This document shows positions 24,782 through 36,921 of a stretch of DNA of 64,000 nt, one piece after another (the stretch's first letter is position 1; every line of letters starts with the position of its first letter). Source of the DNA: Eutreptiella sp. 'Long Island Sound 2002' (taxonomy: Eukaryota; Protista; Euglenida). A program made the position numbers and the translations under genes. The stretch is from contig OZ038378.1 of the NCBI GenBank assembly GCA_964036045.1, forward strand, positions 159,030,001 to 159,094,000, written 5' to 3'. The notes under the pieces were generated by a model. The model was not told the DNA's origin, did not search any database, and saw nothing but the letters and a program-made list of their open reading frames with translations.

Positions 24782-26170
24782 CCATCATGCCACTCCTTAT
24801 GGCGGCTCCACCCAATAGTTTCTGAGCACGTGGCGGCTTCGTGGCACGGAGTCTATATGGCACCGAGATGGGCCTGGTCACCAAAGTCAAATTACGCTAC
24901 ATGGGATACTATGGGTGTCACCACGGGGACGCGTTAACGCTCTGCCACGTGTACATCCATGATACAAATGCAGCTTTGGCCGCGCCTAAGACCAAATTTC
25001 ACCCGTTCATCGTTTTCAAGACCATGGAGATCGAGTTCACCATGACAAAGCCCTCATCCTAGCCCCGACCCAAAGTTGAGTTGCTGCATGGCAAGTGGGC
25101 TTTGATCACCGCGTGCCAACCACCAAAGTCCCGACCGTATGGAGAATGGAATGCACTGGCAGCAAAAGATAGCCTCTTCCATGCTGGCACCGGGGACTCG
25201 GAAACGGTCAAGGTGTCTTTCTTTGAGACAGTTTTTGACAATAGCGAGCTTGACCAACTACCTTAGCCTCGTTACACCCCATTGAGGGAGTATTTCCTCA
25301 TCGGAATGGCTGTTCCCTGCATCCATCGGCCCAGATGTAGCAGCCATGGCTTTCCTCGCCTGCTACTATTACATCTATCCATACAATGCTGCCAGGGCGA
25401 GACACTCATACCTCTTCGACTTCCGGGTACCACATGATGACCAGTTCGTGTTGGGGTTGGGAGTAGACGAGATTGTTCAACGTCAAGCAATCATTGAATT
25501 GGAGGGCTAGAGCGCCATTCCACGAAAGATACTAGGAAGGGTTGATTCACTTTGGGCTGACACTTTTTCGGAGAATAGCGTTTGTCCTCTGTGTAGCTAG
25601 GCTCAAGACAACCGCCACCTTTGTCGCCAGTTCTCAGTGGTGACTATTTTCTACAGGTGCCCGGTGTTATATCCACCTTGTTGGTGGAAGACCTAAGTTG
25701 ATTGTGGCGAGAGAATCTGAACTATGAAAAGGAAACCATTGGGAACCACACGAAAATTTGATTCATGCACTGGGTGGACTAGGTGTGTATGTTGGAGCGG
25801 CACATTGGGCTATTGAGAGCCTGGGTGGAGAGAAAGAAAAAATAAAAATGAAACCATCACCGGTACCGGCCTTCTGGCCTTTTCATGTGTGAAAATGCAT
25901 GTGATAGATAACCCCCATCAACACCAGACCTTGAAGGTCTTGTCGCACACGGTGATCTTTGGTGACTTTAAGTATGTATTGGATGGCGTAAAAGGGGGCA
26001 ATGGCTAGTGCGGCCCCAAGGGCCTAGTACCAAATTCCATGTTATGTGAAGCGTTGCTTCAGGTAATTGATTCGACCCGCCACCTCATCAAGTGGGCGTG
26101 GTCCCCATCACACCAGGGCATCCCTGGCAACAAGCAGGCAGACCATCTAGCAGAGCAGGGTTGTCGCTGC
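24782..26170 (+). mobile_element. Degenerate non-LTR retrotransposon with RNase H (Ingi/I-like)
   Basis: IKWAWSPSHQGIPGNKQADHLAEQG is a clear RNase H W-x-P-S-H-x-G-I-x-G-N-x-x-A-D motif, preceded by VIFGDFKYVLDG. The upstream RT-like pieces are weak. Confidence 0.55.
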
Positions 26171-28255
26171 AGGCAGCCCTTCTATCTTATTGCCACGTTG
26201 CCGCCCCCTCAGGCAATGGCAAGCTCGCCACCAAGCCCACATGTACCTCGCAAGCCAGCAACTTCTCGCGTCCTCCTCTTGGATGAGGAGGATGTGTCGT
26301 GCTGCAGGCGCAGCTCTCTGCGACGCCTTCAACTCGTACTTTGTCCCCAGATACTGAGTCAGACAACTGTTCCCAATATATGACGGACCGTGAGTCCACG
26401 CCAGTTTCCACGACACCCAGCCATACCGTCACGCCATCACCAATGGCAGTGTGGAAGTTACAAGGTTTAGGACCGATGTCAAACAGATATATTTGAGAGC
26501 TAGCGAGTTACGTGACCCAGCTATGGGCGAGACCCTGGTGGAGCGGAAGCTCTTTCATGATGACCGTGACTAAAGCGCAAATGTTCGTGATAGGCAGGGG
26601 AGGTCCATCCGCAAGAGAAAGAAGGGTAAACATTGCAGGTAGGTATGCATGACAGGGAGCCACAGCCCCAACATTTGAAAGGGTGGTACAAACGGAACAA
26701 ACCGTGGGCCTCGGTTGGCCTAGTGAGTGCCAGCATTGCGAGCCAAACCCCTCTGATGTACCCGGAGCAACACTGGCAATGAATGTGCTTGCGAACTGTG
26801 CGTGGTGTCAATCCCAGCTTGGGGCCGGAGTAGCTGGAAAACCTCGTGATTTGGCCACCAACACCGGGGAAAAGACAACATGAGGAGGGGAGCAAGCAGA
26901 GCACGGGGACAGTGGACCATGGCCCCACCGGTGCGGATAACTGCCACCCATCCAGTCTTTGATTCCCAGTGCGGAATCTCAACTACCCCGGGTGAGCCGC
27001 AAGTGCAGGGGTCACCCTGCTAGGTTGAGGTGCTAGATTTTTTAAGTATCTCGGGTGCGTGGGCGCCCAGGGTAGTCCCCCTACAGTGAGCTCTTTATAG
27101 GATTCAGAGTTGTCCCCATATCTTGCCGAGGACAATCATGCAATAAGGGTGTACCATCAGTGGTCTCTTGTGGCTGGTGAATCCCTGACACGGGGAATCC
27201 ACCAAATTTTGTTCAGTGTCAGGATGCATTGCTCCACTGAGACCACATTTTGGCAACCTATTATCATGTAAATATCACCGGCAATGAGTGTTGCTCCCTT
27301 GATTATTTGACCCGCTCCGGATTTGCCGGGGCTTAGTGGTGGGTCATTGGCGCCTTTTTCTTGTATGATGTCACGAACAAGAGATGGAACACTCCATTTT
27401 CAAAAGGAAAAAAAGGAGAAAGAACATGGAGCACCCCCCCCCCACCGCCAGAAATCTACTACCCCCCAGATTTTATCCCCCTCTTGGCCTTACTGAGCGT
27501 CTTGCCCGGATCTATACCCCAGGGTATACACTTTTTTGGGGGGCGGGGTTCGCCAAGGGGAGATGCATTGGTACCAATAGGCATGCAGCAAGGCTCTTTC
27601 ATTATGCTAGCACTCAATTTTGCAGGCCCACCCCCCCCCCCCTAGAGGAGCATGCGCTATGGATGCACTTTATAAGAGCTTGCTATGGCCGTTATGGTTG
27701 TGCCATAGAAGAAACAATAGAAGATTTAGCTTCCCATTTCCATTAGGGCACTGTGCAGTGGTGCCATTGGTGTGCCGCTTGTGGCACCTCAAGCGACCCA
27801 CATGTACGATCTCTTGGGTATGTCCCCATGCCGCCATGGGTATGTGGGGCCCCTTGTGCTATATTCCGCAAATTGCAGTTGTGTCAACATTTTTTCCAAC
27901 ATATTTCTCCTTTAGGCTTCATCTCTTCCCAAAAGGAACATGGTGCCCACAACCAGAAAAGGGTGCTTGGCCCCGGAGGCCTTAGGCACAAAAAAAGTAT
28001 TCTTTGCACGCCGTATTCCAATGGCCTTTGAGGGTACGGTTGCCCGGCGGGCACCCAGCATGTGCCCACTGCACCTAGCGCTCCCGGCATCCAAATAAAT
28101 GTTTTGGCCATCACATGGTGCTGGGACGCACAGCATAGAAGGTAAAAAATGGTAGGAAAATGCTGAGCATATTGCTCAGGATATTTGGGGATGCTCAGCA
28201 TTCATGCTCAGCAAATGGGACTCATATTGCAGGGTTGATCTCGGAAGTCCCAGCC

Positions 28256-28397
28256 AAAATTTCTTCCGAGCTCCCCCGGCACGGTCGGCTGGGAAGCCCA
28301 TGGAACATTCCTACCGATATCGGTTGCGTTTTGGGACCCGATCTGGCTGCCAAAACTTCCGAGCATCTTTCCGAGGGATTTCAAAAACTTCGAGGCG
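28256..28397. repeat. Subterminal direct repeat, left copy
   Basis: 28256-28367 is identical to 37354-37465 (112 bp). Similarity extends to about 141 bp. Confidence 0.95.
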
Positions 28398-28540
28398 TTT
28401 TTCCATCGGTTTTTTGTACGATGAACTACACCGTTCTTGGTTCCCAAATCCCACACCTCAGCAAAGAAACACACAAAAAGACAAGCATGACCGTTCACTT
28501 ACGCTTGAAATGTGAATGCTCAGTGGCTTGCCTGTTCATT

Positions 28541-28780
28541 TCAGCTTGAACTGTGAATGCTGTACTCTCCTTCGCTGAGCATCTGCACAGGACAGCCATC
28601 GCTTGACATGGCATCCACATCCACCACCACACGGCGATACTTCTTGGGTTGAGGTTGGGGTTCAGGGTTGTCACTGGATGATGAGGAAGAATCTGAGGCA
28701 CTTACTGTGGAGGCACCAGATAGGTGCACAGCATCATCATCCGAATCATTATCCTCAGGACTGCTACTGCTCCCACTATC

Positions 28781-28819
<39 letters not shown>

Positions 28820-31032
28820 GCTGTTACTGCTGCTACTGCCACTGCCACGAGGGCACACAAGTTGCTGCTCAATGTCGCTATCAACAATGGGTACACGCGC
28901 CAACTTCGTACGTCTCATGGGTTGAACACGCTGCTGCTCGTTCAAACCCGTAGGACCTTGAAATGAAGCAGCACTGTCCTCGCCCTCCGAAGGGGGTACA
29001 ATATCAACTGTCGCAGGGTTAGAAACTCGGCTTTGAGGGATGGGCCCCACACGTCCCTGACCCTTTCCCTTGTCCTTCAGCGCCTTACGGCGTGCAGCAC
29101 AGGACTTAAATGTGGCACGGCTCTTCAAACCCGGTTTGGGCCACTTGCAGACAGCTTCCCTGTCCAGTGGTACCCATTGACGGACACCACGCTTTGAGCC
29201 ACAGGTCCCACACACACATACCACATCACTCTCGGGATTTGCACCTGGAAAGGCGCATTTCACCGAACGGGTGTCTGGGTGCATATATAGGGAGCAACCA
29301 CCTCCATCCTGGAAATGCAGCAAATGCTCTAAGAGGCGTTGGAAGACCACATGCCACACGGCATTGGCAGCAACCATGCACGCCTCCAGAACAACGTTTC
29401 GTTGCACGGGCGCCCAAATTTTGGCACAGGGGATCTTCTTTTTTTTCTGCACGAACTTTTGATACAGCTCATGCTTCAAACTTTCACTAATACTGGCATC
29501 TTGCCTGGTACTAGTGACGGGGGCATATCTCTTGGCCACCCTGAGATCCCGCTCGCCGGCCTCATCGGAATACAGCATGGGTGTCCGTGGATTAAACCAT
29601 GTGTGGGACCACCCATGCATATATAAGGTTGCAGTGCAACCTTCTTCAGCAAACTCGGGGATGATGTGCACAATATATGTGTACAACATCCCCATAGCTT
29701 GCCATGTGACAGTTGCCAGGTTATTACAACCATAGCATAGATGCACCATGTGGCAAAATGCCACCACCAAGGAATGGAAAGGCACGGGGAGCACCATACC
29801 CCCTGCTAGTCTGCCCATGACTGTGCGGGCCTCGCGACCTGTGAGGCTAATGCCTGCCTGGAATCTACCTCGTACGTGACGCATGTGCTGCCTGCTATCA
29901 GGTGGCAAAGATCCAGGATCATACCTCCTTGCCACATGTGCTATGACCTGGAGTAGGTCATGATTGTAGGGCGCTGGTAGTGTTCGACCTATGACACCCA
30001 GGATCCTGGAGGCTGCTCCTTTGGTGTTGTGCAATACAGGTTGCACAATATATACCTCTTCCAGGTTAGAAACCCCCTGAAACTTATGGGACCCACGCAC
30101 ACCATTGAGACATCCCCCTTTGTGCAAAAAGAGTTCTCCCGCCCCATCCTTATTCACCCAGGGACACGCCACACAGCCCTTTTGCCGGCACTCAGACCAC
30201 AAATGGTGGTGATCGGCAGTGATTGCCCCGAGCCTTATCTGCAGGGTGGTGTTGTACACTGCACCAGCATACTTCATACGTTGCTTAAATTTACAAGAAG
30301 GCAGGGCTTGTAAGGCCTCTGCACGTTTGGGTAGCCACTGGCAATCACTGACCTTGGGAAGCTCTTGCCAGGTCAACATGTCTGTGCACCTAGGCACATT
30401 GCCAGACATTGGGAACCAGTGTCCCTGGAAATCAATTATACTGATTTTTGTGTTAATATTTGGACGGCCCCGGGGCTGGTAACCGTCTGCGTAGAGGCCT
30501 AAGGTCAGGGTGGCATGGGGTGGTGGGGTTTCTGCCGGCCTTGGGCAGCCAATGAGCCACACTTCTGTAGAAGTAGGTGGCACAGCTGTGGCAACAACTT
30601 CCTGTTGTCCAGGGAGTAGTCCACTGCAGGAAGATGCAGGTCCTCCTGTTGCCTTAAAGCAACCATTGACCAACCAACCCCTGGTTGGAGATGGTCTAAG
30701 GTGCGCAAGACAGCGGCTGGCACCACATGCTCATGGCGAAGGCGAAGTGCAGCAGCCTGGCACTCTGGTGCTTGGGTGACTGATGTGGCCTGTGTGGTAG
30801 GCAAAGGGCCAAGGGACCTACGCACAACTGTGAAGGTGCCACTTGGGGGGCGCTGTAGCTGGTCTAGGTCCTTGGCCTGCAAGGGGGTGGCCGTGGGGAA
30901 GTTCATGGCAAAGGCTGACACCATGAATTGATCAGCTGGAATAGGGCATATGCTGGCAAATGCCTCCAGCTTGGAGATCTCCCCCTTCACCCATATAGCA
31001 TGGTTGTTCACAACAAATTCATGGTGAAACAT
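28541..31032 (-). CDS. CACTA/CMC-like DDE transposase, split into overlapping ORFs 30505-31032 and 28541-30673 by one frameshift
   Basis: LTLGLYADGYQP (~LGLATDGFNP, D1); IRLGAITAD...KGCVACPW (D2, ~G-x-x-ACP-x-C); QPVLHNTKG (~D-x-MH-x-x-K); MVLPV; TLYMH; PMLYSDEAGERDLRVAKRY (~P...ER-x-L-x-x-LK-x-Y, E). C-terminal poly-Ser and a basic PKKYRR patch. Acceptor-like ctgtttcccAG|gcaccATG at the start. Confidence 0.7.
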
Positions 31033-31061
31033 GGTGCCTGGGAAACAGAAGATTGCAGTAG

Positions 31062-33279
31062 GCCACTGTTTTGGTTGGTTTCAAAGGAACCATGTATGGA
31101 AAGCCCCAACCAGTACCTTTCACCAGAACCTTCATTTGCCAGGATTGCTCCAACCAGTTTCGAGATCCAAGGGTCCAAAGTGTGCTCGACTATCCGCCCC
31201 CTCACTCTGCGCCACTGTTTTGGTTGGTTTCAACGAAACCATGTATGGAAAGCCCCAACCAGTACCTTTCACCAGAACCTTCATTTGCCAGGATTGCTCC
31301 AACGAGTTTCGAGATCCAGTTCCAAAGTGTGCTCGACTATCCGCCCCCTCACTCTGCGCCACTGTTTTGGTTGGTTTCAACGAAACCATGTATGGAAAGC
31401 CCCAACCAGTACCTTTCACCAAAACCTTGAATTGCCAGGATTGCTCCAACCAGTTTCGAGATCCAAGGGTCCAAAGTGTGCTCGACTATCCGCCCCCTCA
31501 CTCTGCGCCACTGTTTTGGTTGGTTTCAAGGAAACCATGTATGGAAAGCCCCAACCAGTACCTTTCACCAGAACCTTCATTTGCCAGGATTGCTCCAACC
31601 AGTTTCGAGATCCAAGGGTCCAAAGTGTGCTCGACTATCCGCCCCCTCACTCTGCGCCACTGTTTTGGTTGGTTTCAACGAAACCATGTATGGAAAGCCC
31701 CAACCAGTACCTTTCACCAGAACCTTGAATTGCCAGGATTGCTCCAACCAGTTTCGAGATCCAGTTCCAAAGTGTGCTCGACTATCCGCCCCCTCACTCT
31801 GTGCCACTGTTTGGTTGGCTTCAAAGGAACCATGTATGGAAAGCCCCAACCAGTACCTTTCACCAGAACCTTGAATAGCCAGGATTGCTCCAACCAGTTT
31901 CGAGATCCAAGGGTCCAAAGTGTGCTCGACTATCCGCCCCCTCACTCTGCGCCACTGTTTTGGTTGGTTTCAAGGAAACCATGTATGGAAAGCCCCAACC
32001 AGTACCTTTCACCAGAACCTTGAATTGCCACGATTGCTCCAACGAGTTTCGAGATCCAAGGGTCCAAAGTGTGCTCGACTATCCGCCCCCTCACTCTGCG
32101 CCACTGTTTTGGTTGGTTTCAACGAAACCATGTATGGAAAGCCCCAACCAGTACCTTTCACCAGAACCTTGAATTGCCAGGATTGCTCCAACCAGTTTCG
32201 AGATCCAGTTCCAAAGTGTGCTCGACTATCCGCCCCCTCACTCTGCGCCACTGTTTTGGTTGGTTTCAAAGAAACCATGTATGGAAAGCCCCAACCAGTA
32301 CCTTTCACCAGAACCTTGAATTGCCAGGATTGCTCCAACCAGTTTCGAGATCCAAGGGTCCAAAGTGTGCTCGACTATCCGCCCCCTCACTCTGCGCCAC
32401 TGTTTTGGTTGGTTTCAAGGAAACCATGTATGGAAAGCCCCAACCAGTACCTTTCACCAAAACCTTGAATTGCCAGGATTGCTCCAACCAGTTTCGAGAT
32501 CCAAGGGTCCAAAGTGTGCTCGACTATCCGCCCCCTCACTCTGCGCCACTGTTTTGGTTGGTTTCAAGGAAACCATGTATGGAAAGCCCCAACCAGTACC
32601 TTTCACCAGAACCTTGAATTGCCACGATTGCTCCAACGAGTTTCGAGATCCAAGGGTCCAAAGTGTGCTCGACTATCCGCCCCCTCACTCTGCGCCACTG
32701 TTTTGGTTGGTTTCAACGAAACCATGTATGGAAAGCCCCAACCAGTACCTTTCACCAGAACCTTGAATTGCCAGGATTGCTCCAACCAGTTTCGAGATCC
32801 AGTTCCAAAGTGTGCTCGACTATCCGCCCCCTCACTCTGCGCCACTGTTTTGGTTGGTTTCAAAGAAACCATGTATGGAAAGCCCCAACCAGTACCTTTC
32901 ACCAGAACCTTGAATTGCCAGGATTGCTCCAACCAGTTTCGAGATCCAAGGGTCCAAAGTGTGCTCGACTATCCGCCCCCTCACTCTGCGCCACTGTTTT
33001 GGTTGGTTTCAAGGAAACCATGTATGGAAAGCCCCAACCAGTACCTTTCACCAGAACCTTGAATTGCCAGGATTGCTCCAACCAGTTTCGAGATCCAAGG
33101 GTCCAAAGTGTGCTCGACTATCCGCCCCCTCACTCTGCGCCACTGTTTTGGTTGGTTTCAAGGAAACCATGTATGGAAAGCCCCAACCAGTACCTTTCAC
33201 CAGAACCTTGAATTGCCAGGATTGCTCCAACGAGTTTCGAGATCTAAGGGTCCAAAGTGTGCTCGACTATCCGCCCCCT
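31062..33279. repeat. Satellite of about 15 units of 147-149 bp with a 594-bp higher-order repeat
   Basis: Unit starts at 31062, 31211, 31358, 31507, 31656, 31803, 31951, 32100, 32247, 32396, 32545, 32694, 32841, 32990, 33139. The ORF track shows near-identical translations offset by 594 bp. Confidence 0.97.
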
Positions 33280-33842
33280 GCCACAGGCACAACAAGCATA
33301 GGATTGTTTTGGCTGAGGAGGACCCTACCTAGGGTCGAAACGCGTACTTGACATTGGAAGTCAGTGGACTTTGTTTGACATTCATTGTTGTGAGTGTTGC
33401 CGGGTGCATTTGTCTTGGAACTTAACACAAGTGGAGTTTGGACAATTTTACCCGAGGGTTGCTATATCCGTCGACGACTTTTATCTTTGGGATTGCTCCA
33501 ACCAGTTTCGAGATCTAAGGGTCCAAAGTGTGCTCGACTATCCGCCCCCTGCCACAGGCACAACAAGCACAAGCTGGGTTGGAAGCATGAATGGATGCCA
33601 ACAGGCAGTTCAGGTGCAGCTGCAGTTCATTTTAGTGCCTCGAATGGGAATATATACCTCCCTCTCAGTCCTCCCCCTCAGACTCAGGCTCAGGCTGAGG
33701 CTGTGCCTTGGGGGCACAATGAGGAGAATCAACTCCCCTGGCCCGGAATCACCCCCGTGGATGAGGGGGAAGGACCTCATCCAATTGCGAGGTCGGTGGC
33801 CAGGACCCTTCACATAGTCAAGGACAGTCCTGACCTGTGTGA

Positions 33843-35816
33843 CTATGCGAAGGGGCAGTGACCCCTGGTCCCCTGGTCCCAGCCTACATATGGGCTGCGG
33901 CTGGTCTTCTTCCTCCTCTTACCTGAAGGGGCCCCAAAGTCAGGGGCCGCCCTCCCTCTCTTCACGCCTGTGGAGGAAACAGGCACCTGGGAATCTGAGT
34001 CAGATGACTCAGGGGCCACCTGCCCTCTCCTCACCCCTGTCGAGGAAATAGGCACTTCTGAGGCAGATGACTCAGGGGCCACCTGCCCTCTCCTCACCCC
34101 TGTCGAGGAAATAGGCACGTCTGAGTCAGATGACTCGGAGTCTGAAACCACCACCACCTCCTTCCCCTTCCCCTTCCCCCTCCCCTTACCCTTACCCTTC
34201 TCCTTCCCCTTCCCCTTACCCACTGCAATCTCTGGGGCAGAGTCTGAAGAGTCTGAATCACCCCCCCCCTTCACCCCCCCCTTCCCCTTACCCTTACCCT
34301 TACCCTTCTCCTTCCCCTTCCCCTTACCCACTGCAATCTCTGGGGCAGAGTCTGAGGAGTCCGAATCACCCCCCCCCTTCACCCCCCCCTTCCCCTTCCC
34401 CTTCCCCTTCCCTTTCCCCTTACCCACACCAGGGATAGCAGGGCCAGAATCAGGGTTCGCGATGCAAAAAAGTACCACAATGGGCACCATGTTGCCGGAG
34501 AGGGGGGCAAAGGGGACAGGCCCTTTGCCCCCCCCAACTGGGGCCAACTGCCCGGAGACTTCTTTCACCTCCTTCAGGGCCTCAGGGCCCCAGCCAGTGC
34601 GGCGGCACTTCCAGTTCCCTTTCACCTGGGCCCATGCCAGAGTTTTGTCCAGCAACTCCCGGCACTGGCGCCCCCACATGGCAAAATGGCTCAGGGCGGG
34701 GGGGGTGTCCCAAACACTCACAGGGTGGCTCATGTGCCACAAAATTATCTTAACCGCCACATACATGCAGTTGTGGCGGTTGCAAGAGTCGGGGGCGGTG
34801 TGCATCCTCACCAAAACCCCCCTGTCCCTCAGCTTCTGGGTGCACGACCTTGAAACAGCCGTAGCTGCAAGGTCGTACACCTCCCAACCCCCAAGATGCC
34901 CTGCAAAAACCACCCCATGCAGGAGCTCCTCCTGGTGTCCCCCGGTCACCTCCCATTTCCCAAAGGGGGGGAGGGTGCTGGGGGGCATCTTGGGGAGGGG
35001 GGCCTTAAGGAGGCGGCGTTTCTTTGCCTCCTCCCAAGCCCCGCGCATCTGCCCCAGCAGATCCTCTGCCCTTCCCTGCTGGGCAGTAGCTGCTGCCCGC
35101 AGCTTTCCCTCCCTGCTCTTCACCCCCTGCCCCCCGTGCCTCTTCCCCCCCACCCCCTCCCGGACAGCCTGCTCAGCCTTCTTGAAGGACTGGCAGGCCT
35201 GCTCAAACTGCCCTTTCAACTTGGAGTACCGATCGGCTGGTGATCGGTACTCCTTGAGGACCAGTTTCCTCAACTGGTCCGGAACCCCCAGCTCCCCACA
35301 CACTGCCACACTCCGATCAAAAATGGCCAGGTCCAAAACCACCTTGGCCACGTTTGGGGGCATCTGCCCAATTGGAGCACGATGCTCCACTTGCCTGCGG
35401 GAGGTCACGGCCCCCCGAGTGACCCACACCACCACCCCCTCCCCCTCTGGCCCGTAGCGTGCCCCGGCCGCGAACCAGGACACTTTCTTCTTACTCAGCT
35501 GTGCAAGCACCATCTGGACTTGCACAGCTGCAACAGCCGCCAACAAAGCTGCGCAGTGGGCAGCCTGCATGCCCTTGGGGTCCTCCGCATCTTCTGCTGC
35601 GGCGGCGGGCCCTGCTGCTGCTGCTCCTGCTGCTCCTCCGACGGCTGGCGCCTCCCACAAAGCGGGGGTGGCTGGCGAAGGGTTGCTGGCACCGGCACTG
35701 CTACCGGCGCTGGGGTTCCCACTCCCAAGTTCGGCCAGTCGACCCGAGGAGATGGGGACGGCGGCAGGAGCTGGTGGCTGGGCGCGGGCAGCCAGGGCAG
35801 CAGAGATGGAAGACAT
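33843..35816 (-). CDS. Transposon cargo ORF2 (about 657 aa from the probable ATG at 35816; ORF open to 35936): coiled coil, putative Ulp1-like cysteine protease domain, GK/SD repeats, NLS
   Basis: Long uninterrupted ORF. LLHGVVFAGHLGGWEVYDLA...PDSCNRHNCMYVAVKII gives His-Asp-Cys order. C-terminal GKGKGK and SSTGVRRGQVAPESS repeats and KRRKK. Confidence 0.6.
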   Translation of the reverse strand: MSSISAALAARAQPPAPAAVPISSGRLAELGSGNPSAGSSAGASNPSPATPALWEAPAVGGAAGAAAAGPAAAAEDAEDPKGMQAAHCAALLAAVAAVQVQMVLAQLSKKKVSWFAAGARYGPEGEGVVVWVTRGAVTSRRQVEHRAPIGQMPPNVAKVVLDLAIFDRSVAVCGELGVPDQLRKLVLKEYRSPADRYSKLKGQFEQACQSFKKAEQAVREGVGGKRHGGQGVKSREGKLRAAATAQQGRAEDLLGQMRGAWEEAKKRRLLKAPLPKMPPSTLPPFGKWEVTGGHQEELLHGVVFAGHLGGWEVYDLAATAVSRSCTQKLRDRGVLVRMHTAPDSCNRHNCMYVAVKIILWHMSHPVSVWDTPPALSHFAMWGRQCRELLDKTLAWAQVKGNWKCRRTGWGPEALKEVKEVSGQLAPVGGGKGPVPFAPLSGNMVPIVVLFCIANPDSGPAIPGVGKGKGKGKGKGKGGVKGGGDSDSSDSAPEIAVGKGKGKEKGKGKGKGKGGVKGGGDSDSSDSAPEIAVGKGKGKEKGKGKGRGKGKGKEVVVVSDSESSDSDVPISSTGVRRGQVAPESSASEVPISSTGVRRGQVAPESSDSDSQVPVSSTGVKRGRAAPDFGAPSGKRRKKTSRSPYVGWDQGTRGHCPFA

Positions 35817-35865
35817 CAGAGCGAAAAAGAGGGCTGATGAAGACCCAACACAGTGCATCCCCAGC

Positions 35866-36921
35866 TTAGGCAGGGAGGGGGGCTTCTGCGGTCTCAACTT
35901 GGTCCTGGACCTCACCCTTGGCCTGCAACCATGCACCTAAGATGGTAAGTCGCTGCCGTTTTGGTGCGCCCTCGGAAGAAGGTTTGGGGGCTGGGGCCAA
36001 AAGAAACTCAATGCCCCACAAGACACCGTGCGCATGGTACGTGGGTTGCTGGTCTGTTCTGAAAACCTCACCGTCGGGGGGGGTAACCACCTTTTCCCAC
36101 GTGCCTGAGGGGGCTTGGTCCCACACCCGCCAGCCGTCCTTTTCCCTGAAAACCTCTACCACATGTGCACCTGTGATGGTGGCTCTGAGGGCGCTGTGAA
36201 TCGTTGCATGTGGGGACTCGCAGAAGGCATCGTTTATGATAACCCTCAAAACCTCGAACGGAACATGAATAAATGAGAGGGGGGGGAACTGCACGTTGCA
36301 GGTAACTACTTTTTTGGACCGCTTCTTGATCTTGGCCTCTTTGAACCAAGTAACTACATCGCTCTGGGTCCACTGTAACTCGCGAATGGTACTGTCCGGG
36401 TGTGTGGACAGTATTGATTTCAAGTACATGTAATGTACACGCAGCCTCTCTTCAGATTCCTCTGCAAAGGTCCGGTCCGTGTTGTATTTCGGATCCGGAC
36501 CAACAATGCAGAGGTTTCTGTATTGTACACCGTACGAAGTCTCATGTTTGCTGGGGCTTGTCTTGCCCACAGCCTCCCGTGTCGTCAAGACAGGGATTGA
36601 AAAATGCTTATGCATAAGCATAGCTAGCAAGGTATCCTTCGGCTGGATGCGGTATGCATCAGGGACGACCCTGTCCAAAAAAACCCTTAGCATTCTGGGT
36701 TCAATGGTCTCTGGCGGCTTATGCCGCAGGCACAGTGCTGCTAGGGCGTGTTGGAGGCGCGATTGTGTATCACCCGGTTCGGGAACTTCGGTATTGGTTG
36801 TGTCCGCGTCAATGAGCTCGCCCTCAAGCTCCAAATCTGGTTCCGGGAGCTGCTGAACGGGCTGGGGGGGCTGAGCGGACGAAGACGAGGCACTAGCGGC
36901 ACTGCCTTGACTACCAGACAT
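35866..36921 (-). CDS. Transposon cargo ORF1 (about 351 aa from the probable ATG at 36921; ORF open to 36957): putative Ulp1-like pseudo-protease
   Basis: Acceptor-like ctgcaacAG|acATG. GAHVVEVFREKDGWRVWDQA...DQQPTYHAHGVLWGIEF aligns to Ulp1 QQ-P-N-x-x-D-C-G-V with His in place of Cys. Confidence 0.55.
   Translation of the reverse strand: MSGSQGSAASASSSSAQPPQPVQQLPEPDLELEGELIDADTTNTEVPEPGDTQSRLQHALAALCLRHKPPETIEPRMLRVFLDRVVPDAYRIQPKDTLLAMLMHKHFSIPVLTTREAVGKTSPSKHETSYGVQYRNLCIVGPDPKYNTDRTFAEESEERLRVHYMYLKSILSTHPDSTIRELQWTQSDVVTWFKEAKIKKRSKKVVTCNVQFPPLSFIHVPFEVLRVIINDAFCESPHATIHSALRATITGAHVVEVFREKDGWRVWDQAPSGTWEKVVTPPDGEVFRTDQQPTYHAHGVLWGIEFLLAPAPKPSSEGAPKRQRLTILGAWLQAKGEVQDQVETAEAPLPA

Noticed and set aside
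31062-33279. CRISPR array or repeat-protein gene
   Set aside because: The units are contiguous with no unique spacers. The many ORFs are frame-rotating translations of a 147-149-bp satellite.
33970-35457. 495-aa plus-strand ORF
   Set aside because: Antisense shadow of ORF2; the FP repeats mirror the GK repeats.
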